A stretch of DNA of 51,060 nt from a virus. Location of the stretch: the UHGV virus genome UHGV-0021437. One strand, 5' to 3'. The notes under the pieces were generated by a model. That model worked only from the letters and a program-made list of their open reading frames with translations, did no database searches and was not told the DNA's origin. This document shows, one piece after another, positions 46,137-51,060 of this stretch. Position numbers and translations under genes: made by a program. Numbering within the stretch: position 1 is the stretch's first letter; every line of letters begins with the position of its first letter.

Positions 46137-46808
46137 TTAGATTTCCCAGTCATCATCTTCATCGTCTTCTGCTTCGGACTCCACATCAGCGGCTTTCAGA
46201 AGTTTTACGTAAGCATCTGCTTTCATCTTTGTTTTTGCTTTGATACCACGTTCTTTACACATTTTGAAAAGCTCCATTGCTGTTTTACCCTCATACGGGT
46301 CTTTCTCTTCTTCATCCTCTGTACCCCAGTCATCCTCTTCCTCTTCTACTGGCTCTGCTTTCTTTGCAGACTTCTTGGAAGTTGCTTTTGCTTTCTTTGG
46401 CTCTTCTTCATCAAGTTCACCTCTGTCAAACTTTTCAAGAATCTCAATCAGTGCATCTTTCTTTCTTGATTTACACTTAGAAGAAATTCCTCTTGCACAA
46501 CACATCTTGTAAAGGTTTGCCGCTGTCATATCTGTATAATCAAAATCCTCTTCTTCTGTTTCAGAATCTTTTGTTTCCTCTTCTACTTCCTCTGGCTCAT
46601 TCATTTCAACACCATCTTTAAGTCCTGTTTCAAGAACTCTTGCTGTTACTTTTGGAAGTGCTTTAAGAATTACAAGGATTTTATCTCCCGCAACTGCTAC
46701 CTCTCTTGTAAGCATTGGATAACGTGAACCAATCTCACAAATGTTTTCTTTGTTCTTTCCTACAATGATTTCCTTTGCCGCTTCATAAGCTGTCCAATTC
46801 TTTGCCAT
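46137..46808 (-). CDS. protein with two HeH motifs and acidic DDW tails (223 aa)
   Basis: Two HeH motifs: TAANLYKMCCARGISSKCKSRKKDALIEILEKF and TAMELFKMCKERGIKAKTKMKADAYVKLL. Acidic segments EEEDDWGTEDEEE, and a C-terminus DDEDDDWEI. Confidence 0.5.
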   Translation of the reverse strand: MAKNWTAYEAAKEIIVGKNKENICEIGSRYPMLTREVAVAGDKILVILKALPKVTARVLETGLKDGVEMNEPEEVEEETKDSETEEEDFDYTDMTAANLYKMCCARGISSKCKSRKKDALIEILEKFDRGELDEEEPKKAKATSKKSAKKAEPVEEEEDDWGTEDEEEKDPYEGKTAMELFKMCKERGIKAKTKMKADAYVKLLKAADVESEAEDDEDDDWEI

Positions 46809-46869
46809 TTTTCTTTCTCCTTTTTTCTCTTTGATTTTTTGTCTTAATTTGTTTTCTGTTTACTCTTAA

Positions 46870-46898
46870 ATATTAACATATATTTTTGTTTTTGTCAA
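46870..46898 (-). promoter_or_regulatory. sigma-70-type promoter TTGACA-N17-TAATAT
   Basis: -35 at 46893-46898 and -10 at 46870-46875. Followed by RBS AAAAGGAGAAAG. Confidence 0.45.
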
Positions 46899-46906
46899 CA
46901 TTTATT

Positions 46907-47197
46907 TTATTCTTTTTCTGCTTCACACTCACACGCTTCTGCATGTTCTATAAGTCCAACAGCTTCGCATGCTTCTAATACACAATCAAGCAATGCAATT
47001 AAACCATCTTCATCAAGGATTCCTAAACTGCCCTTAAGAAATACCTTTGTTTCTTTTCCATCCTCTTCTGTTACAAGCTGTTCTGCAACACTATATCCTA
47101 CTTTGTTTGTTTCACTGTTGTATGCTTCTGATATCACAACATTACGTCTGTCCTTAAAACGTCTTGAGGAAAGTTCTCTGAAAGTTAATCTTCCCAT
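46907..47197 (-). CDS. hypothetical protein (96 aa)
   Basis: ORF from the track. Confidence 0.35.
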   Translation of the reverse strand: MGRLTFRELSSRRFKDRRNVVISEAYNSETNKVGYSVAEQLVTEEDGKETKVFLKGSLGILDEDGLIALLDCVLEACEAVGLIEHAEACECEAEKE

Positions 47198-47571
47198 TCT
47201 TCTCCACCTCCCTCTTCACTGTTGTCTGGTAACTCTAATACTGCCATGAATTTTAACATGATATATTCTTCATCCACTAAAGAACAAATGTTATCTAAGT
47301 TTACATTTTCAACTAATGACTTGAATGGAATTGTTGCATTTCCATCTTTGTCAAAGTTAATTGCTCCAATCGTAAACATACCTAAATTTACTGCTCTGCT
47401 TGTAGCTCCTTTTGCATGTAAAGTAATATCATTATTTAATCCTTGCAATAGTTCTACACTTGTTAGGATTTCATCATATCGGAGTTTAAACTTAACTTGT
47501 ACTGTTTTGTTTTTTCCAATAGTTAAACCCTCAAATGTAGCAATACCTTTTTGTTGTAACTTTCTTTCCAC
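47185..47571 (-). CDS. hypothetical protein (128 aa)
   Basis: ORF from the track. Confidence 0.35.
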   Translation of the reverse strand: MERKLQQKGIATFEGLTIGKNKTVQVKFKLRYDEILTSVELLQGLNNDITLHAKGATSRAVNLGMFTIGAINFDKDGNATIPFKSLVENVNLDNICSLVDEEYIMLKFMAVLELPDNSEEGGGEEWED

Positions 47572-48266
47572 TATTTTGTTTTTCTCCTTTCTGTTCTAAA
47601 CTTCTGTTCTTGTTTTCTTCTTTCTTGTTCTTTTTGTTTGAAATAGTTATTTCTTGCATTAATGTTATGTTTTACTTTATTAACATCTATAACATTAATA
47701 CTTTGTTTTGTATTACTATTTCTATTTGTTGAGTTAGAATTATTTAAGTTATTTAACTTATCTGTGTTATTTAAGTTAAGCAACTTATCTTCTTTTGTGT
47801 TGGGCATGAAGCTAACAGCTTCAGAACCCCCTCTTTCTTTCTCCCCCTTATAATACTCCTCTTCATCTTGGTTGTCAATACCCTTTTTTAAAATTTTATA
47901 CTTTTTTAAGAATTGGCTATTCTCTTCCTCTAGCTTACTTAATACATCGCGCTCTATAAGCTCCCTATATGCCTGTATATCCTCTTCTTTTATTGCAACC
48001 CATACTTCATCCCTGTTAATGAACTGAAAGGCAAATAGAGGTATTTTATGGGCTTCTAAGGCATGATGCTCTAATACATGCAAAACACTTTGTTTAATGC
48101 TGAAACTTTCATGGTCTGTGCTTTTAAGCTCACAAAGGAAATGTCTACTTTCTCCATCGCATTTCTCTATCCATCCAGAACCACTGTTTCTTGTAGGTTT
48201 TAAACCTAACCTGTGCATAACTTCTGCTTCATTCTTTCTATACCATTTTGTACTACGTTTATTCAT
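47571..48266 (-). CDS. putative VRR-NUC / PD-(D/E)XK-like nuclease with an N-rich low-complexity C-terminus
   Basis: GSGWIEKCDGESRHFLCELKSTDHESFSIKQ fits a D...E.K...Q pattern. C-terminal NLNNTDKLNNLNNSNSTNRNSNTK is encoded by imperfect TTATTTAAGTTA repeats. Confidence 0.35.
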   Translation of the reverse strand: MNKRSTKWYRKNEAEVMHRLGLKPTRNSGSGWIEKCDGESRHFLCELKSTDHESFSIKQSVLHVLEHHALEAHKIPLFAFQFINRDEVWVAIKEEDIQAYRELIERDVLSKLEEENSQFLKKYKILKKGIDNQDEEEYYKGEKERGGSEAVSFMPNTKEDKLLNLNNTDKLNNLNNSNSTNRNSNTKQSINVIDVNKVKHNINARNNYFKQKEQERRKQEQKFRTERRKTK

Positions 48267-48447
48267 TTGTTTTATCCTTTTCCCAACTTGCTACTGTTTC
48301 CAAAACATCTACAATCTCCTGTGCTGTTATAATATCAATACTTGCACTTTTTGTTGTTCGTTTATAGCTTGTTTCAATAGCTTCTTTTATTTTGTTTGCA
48401 AGCTCCTGTACATTATACTCTTTTTCAATCTTCATTTGTTTCTCCAT
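48259..48447 (-). CDS. small hypothetical protein (62 aa)
   Basis: ORF from the track. Confidence 0.3.
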   Translation of the reverse strand: MEKQMKIEKEYNVQELANKIKEAIETSYKRTTKSASIDIITAQEIVDVLETVASWEKDKTNE

Positions 48448-48634
48448 CCTGTTCTTTTAGTTTTTGTTTTGTTAATGCTTCAAGATATTTGATATACCTT
48501 AAACCTAACCTATGTGTGCTTTTTGTTCTATAATTCTTTCTTGCTTCATTGAGTTCTGCTGTTCCAAACAAATCACGGAACTTTGTTTCTGTTTGGACTA
48601 TAGCATAACTATAATTATCTTTACTGTTTAACAT
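48425..48634 (-). CDS. small hypothetical protein (69 aa)
   Basis: ORF from the track. Confidence 0.3.
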   Translation of the reverse strand: MLNSKDNYSYAIVQTETKFRDLFGTAELNEARKNYRTKSTHRLGLRYIKYLEALTKQKLKEQDGETNED

Positions 48635-48782
48635 TTAGTCTCCATACCTCCATTCTAAAAAATATAATCTTCTTAAAATAGCATTTTTAAGATTTAATCG
48701 CGCACATTTGTTGAGTTCTTTTATGCATTCTGCCATGTATTTTCTTAATTCATTTACACATTCTTCTAAGATATCACACTCT

Positions 48783-49322
48783 TCATTTTTCATTTTCTTC
48801 ATATCCCCATTCTAAGTGTGCTACTATATACATCTTTTTTATAATAGCCTTTCTAAGACTCATATATGCCCCTAGGTTGAACTTTTCTCTATGAGTAATA
48901 CAATTTGTTATATATGTAATTAAATTATCTAATCTGTCCTCTACTGTATGGTAATCATTGCAATGCATATTCGTAGCATTCCATTTCTTTATCGGACAGA
49001 ATTCGCAATTATCATTATACCAGTTAGCATTACCTCTTATAAACTCTATTGACCTCACAGCACCAGCAACATAACAAGCGGCACAATTAGCATTCATTAA
49101 CAAATTGTTCTTTTCTACTTCTGTGATTTTACCTCTAACAAATAGATTGAATAGTGCTGTTCTTTTTAATGATGTAATATATAATGTTTCTATTTGTTCT
49201 GTATTTGCTCTATGATATTCAATACCTCTAATTTCATTTGTTTTAACACTAAATACTTTTATTACTTCTTCCCAAAGCATTGTATGTATTTCATTGTATC
49301 TTTTTAATATGTTCTGTTCCAT
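48783..49322 (-). CDS. hypothetical Cys-containing protein (179 aa)
   Basis: ORF from the track. Confidence 0.4.
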   Translation of the reverse strand: MEQNILKRYNEIHTMLWEEVIKVFSVKTNEIRGIEYHRANTEQIETLYITSLKRTALFNLFVRGKITEVEKNNLLMNANCAACYVAGAVRSIEFIRGNANWYNDNCEFCPIKKWNATNMHCNDYHTVEDRLDNLITYITNCITHREKFNLGAYMSLRKAIIKKMYIVAHLEWGYEENEK

Positions 49323-49340
49323 GTTTGTTTTACCTCCATA

Positions 49341-49568
49341 TTATACTTTTGTTATTTCTCCTACACATTCACTAACATATTTGCAACCTAAACAGCTAAA
49401 GAACTGGCATTCTCTACCACAGGATTTATATTTACATTTTAAACACTTACCATTCCTGCATTCCCATTTCAAACATGGAATATTATTATGCCTTTTTAAT
49501 AAAATATCTATTGCACCTTTTATTCTTTCCTGTTCTATGTCTTTCTGTGGTGGTTGTTTATTTACCAT
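49341..49568 (-). CDS. Cys-rich small protein (75 aa)
   Basis: CLKWECRNGKCLKCKYKSCGRECQFFSCLGCKYVSEC. Confidence 0.35.
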   Translation of the reverse strand: MVNKQPPQKDIEQERIKGAIDILLKRHNNIPCLKWECRNGKCLKCKYKSCGRECQFFSCLGCKYVSECVGEITKV

Positions 49569-49580
49569 TTATCTCACCAC

Positions 49581-50204
49581 CTATTGTACTTTTGCTGTTA
49601 TATCAACATTTACTTTTATTATTTCATCAACACTTCCGAGTAATATGTACCTACCATTATTCAAATTTACGGAATTACATATCAATGCATTTTTAAAACG
49701 AACCTCTGCTGTTTTCATATATAACTCTGAATCAGTGCCTTGTTTTAAAATGAAGCAATCGCCAACTTTTAACTGACTAAACAGAGTTTCTTCTTTCTTA
49801 TTTATAATTTTAATGTTTTTTGTTTCGCTCATGTTTTTACCTATTTTTATTACCTCATTACTGTTTTCTTTCTTCCATATATCATCGTTTACTGTCCAAT
49901 GGTGTATTTCTCCATCCCACCATTTTGTTATGTATCTATTATTACTTCCAGATAACATATATACACTATCTTTTAACATTTGCTCTAAATCAAAATCAAA
50001 CAGAAAATGCTCTGATGGTTTCTTTCTTGCAACATATCCGCATATTGCACAACGCTTTTGTCTTGCATATTCTCTAGCACGTATTCTGTAATATGATTTA
50101 CTATCTAATTCATTTAACTTTTCATCATACCACACTAAAGTTCCATGCAACCCCGTTGATTTACGATTTTCAAAATCTGCTTTCATTTTTATTTTCCTAC
50201 TCAC
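49581..50204 (-). CDS. hypothetical protein (207 aa)
   Basis: ORF from the track. Confidence 0.4.
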   Translation of the reverse strand: MSRKIKMKADFENRKSTGLHGTLVWYDEKLNELDSKSYYRIRAREYARQKRCAICGYVARKKPSEHFLFDFDLEQMLKDSVYMLSGSNNRYITKWWDGEIHHWTVNDDIWKKENSNEVIKIGKNMSETKNIKIINKKEETLFSQLKVGDCFILKQGTDSELYMKTAEVRFKNALICNSVNLNNGRYILLGSVDEIIKVNVDITAKVQ

Positions 50205-50511
50205 CTTTTATAATTTGTTTTGCTAGTTTACCAATGAACTGTTTATCCATTCCATTCAGCCTGCTAAACAAATCAAAACCTGTTGTTCCATCAAAATCAT
50301 AGAAAACATATCCATACTGTGTATACATTCTAATCGTAGTCTTTGCATATGGTCGCTGTTCTCTTACTAACTGCTGTGCTATTTCATCAAACTTTTTATC
50401 GCTCCACTTAGGACTATCCTCTTCATAGTACAAATAACTATGTATTAAAACAACTCTTTGTAGGAAATCTATTTTTAATTTATCTGTCCAATATGTTGGA
50501 AAAATATACAT
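50197..50511 (-). CDS. hypothetical protein (104 aa)
   Basis: ORF from the track. Confidence 0.4.
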   Translation of the reverse strand: MYIFPTYWTDKLKIDFLQRVVLIHSYLYYEEDSPKWSDKKFDEIAQQLVREQRPYAKTTIRMYTQYGYVFYDFDGTTGFDLFSRLNGMDKQFIGKLAKQIIKGE

Positions 50512-50514
50512 TGT

Positions 50515-50727
50515 TTATTCCACCTCTATCACATACATTTTTGCGTCTACATCAAATGATACGCCTTTTATAAATTCTACTTTTATTCCATCCAATACAC
50601 TTAACTGTATATCAATAACTTTTACTCTTTTACCTGTTGGAAATTCAACTAATACTTTGTCATAATTTCCATACATAAAACCAGCTATAAATTGCGTTAA
50701 TGTATCTATTTCGATTTCTTTACACAT
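50515..50727 (-). CDS. hypothetical protein (70 aa)
   Basis: ORF from the track. Confidence 0.35.
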   Translation of the reverse strand: MCKEIEIDTLTQFIAGFMYGNYDKVLVEFPTGKRVKVIDIQLSVLDGIKVEFIKGVSFDVDAKMYVIEVE

Positions 50728-50941
50728 TACTTACTCTCCTATTCCATTCTTCTATTACTTTGTCAATAGAGCTTGTTGTAAATCTTTCTTGTGATACTCC
50801 TTTTTGAAAAGCTACATCTGAATATATTGAAGTTCCAATTCCACATGACATACACACAACTTGTACACCACTTTTTACATACAAAACTGCTTTACCTCCA
50901 CAAAAAGGACAAGGTCTTAATTTTGAATTAATACTCTCCAT
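50720..50941 (-). CDS. Lar-family restriction-alleviation-like zinc-ribbon protein (73 aa)
   Basis: N-terminal LRPCPFCGGKAV ... CMSCG resembles the Lar (Rac prophage) family signature. First gene in the direction of transcription. Confidence 0.45.
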   Translation of the reverse strand: MESINSKLRPCPFCGGKAVLYVKSGVQVVCMSCGIGTSIYSDVAFQKGVSQERFTTSSIDKVIEEWNRRVSNV

Positions 50942-51060
50942 TTGTTATATCGCTCCTTTATTGTTTTATTTTCTTCTAATCTTTTTTAATCTCCTTATTT
51001 GTTTTATACAACTGTTATCTTGTTTACAAATAATACTATAATACATTTGTTGTTATATGT

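Noticed and set aside
47641-47800. Tandem TTATTTAAGTTA-like DNA repeats as a regulatory repeat or CRISPR-like element
   Set aside because: They lie inside ORF 47571..48266 and simply encode its N-rich low-complexity C-terminus (LNNLNNSNSTN...). They are not an independent element.
1-51060. CRISPR arrays, integrase and repressor, or prophage attachment sites
   Set aside because: I saw no regularly spaced repeat-spacer array, no tyrosine or serine recombinase motifs, and no divergent cI/cro-like switch. The element is described as lytic-like, not as an integrated prophage.

Overview
The window reads as a dense, apparently complete phage (or phage-like) genome of about 51 kb from an AT-rich (roughly 30% GC) Gram-positive host. 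Essentially every gene is on the minus strand, so transcription runs from high to low coordinates. I found no integrase or repressor, so it looks lytic rather than an integrated prophage.

Gene order on the minus strand is:
- **Early block (50941 to about 40000):** a Lar-like restriction-alleviation protein, RNase H, several proteins with a helix-extension-helix (HeH) DNA-binding motif, a candidate terminase small subunit, a ParB-like nuclease-domain protein, two tRNAs (Met-CAT, Gln-TTG), a divergent C5-methyltransferase-like protein, and several sub-60-aa ORFs each behind its own consensus promoter.
- **Packaging and morphogenesis block:** terminase large subunit, a free-standing HNH endonuclease, a long SGNH-esterase fibre-like protein, holin and endolysin, portal, Mu-F-like head-morphogenesis protein, scaffold, major capsid, head-tail joining genes, major tail protein, tail chaperone, tape measure, Dit, Tal, baseplate/fibre protein, and a receptor-binding protein with Listeria-Bacteroides repeats.
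- **Late-regulator candidate:** a small zinc-ribbon protein coupled to a sigma region-4-only protein, followed by a strong terminator.
- **Terminator-delimited cargo block (15863 to 13292):** compositionally odd proteins (Q/N-rich, Gly/Asn-rich membrane, Cys-rich).
- **Replication/recombination block (12874 to 919):** DnaG primase, a T4 gp32-like zinc-containing SSB, a DnaE-type polymerase, RecA-like ATPase, Cas4-like exonuclease, and an HNH-RuvC fusion.

The most notable features are:
- A roughly 343-nt ORF-less group I intron splits the DnaE gene exactly at its catalytic PDxD motif, with a free-standing HNH endonuclease immediately upstream.
- Two further HNH homing endonucleases are present, one fused in frame to a RuvC-like resolvase.
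- An 80-codon start-less ORF in the +1 frame overlaps the end of the tail-chaperone gene, suggesting a programmed +1 frameshift.
- The lysis and fibre genes sit between the terminase large subunit and the portal.
- A TTGACA-N16/17-TATAAT promoter recurs at nine sites; three copies sit in a duplicated roughly 90-nt promoter-leader cassette, and four carry the AAGTTAAG element.
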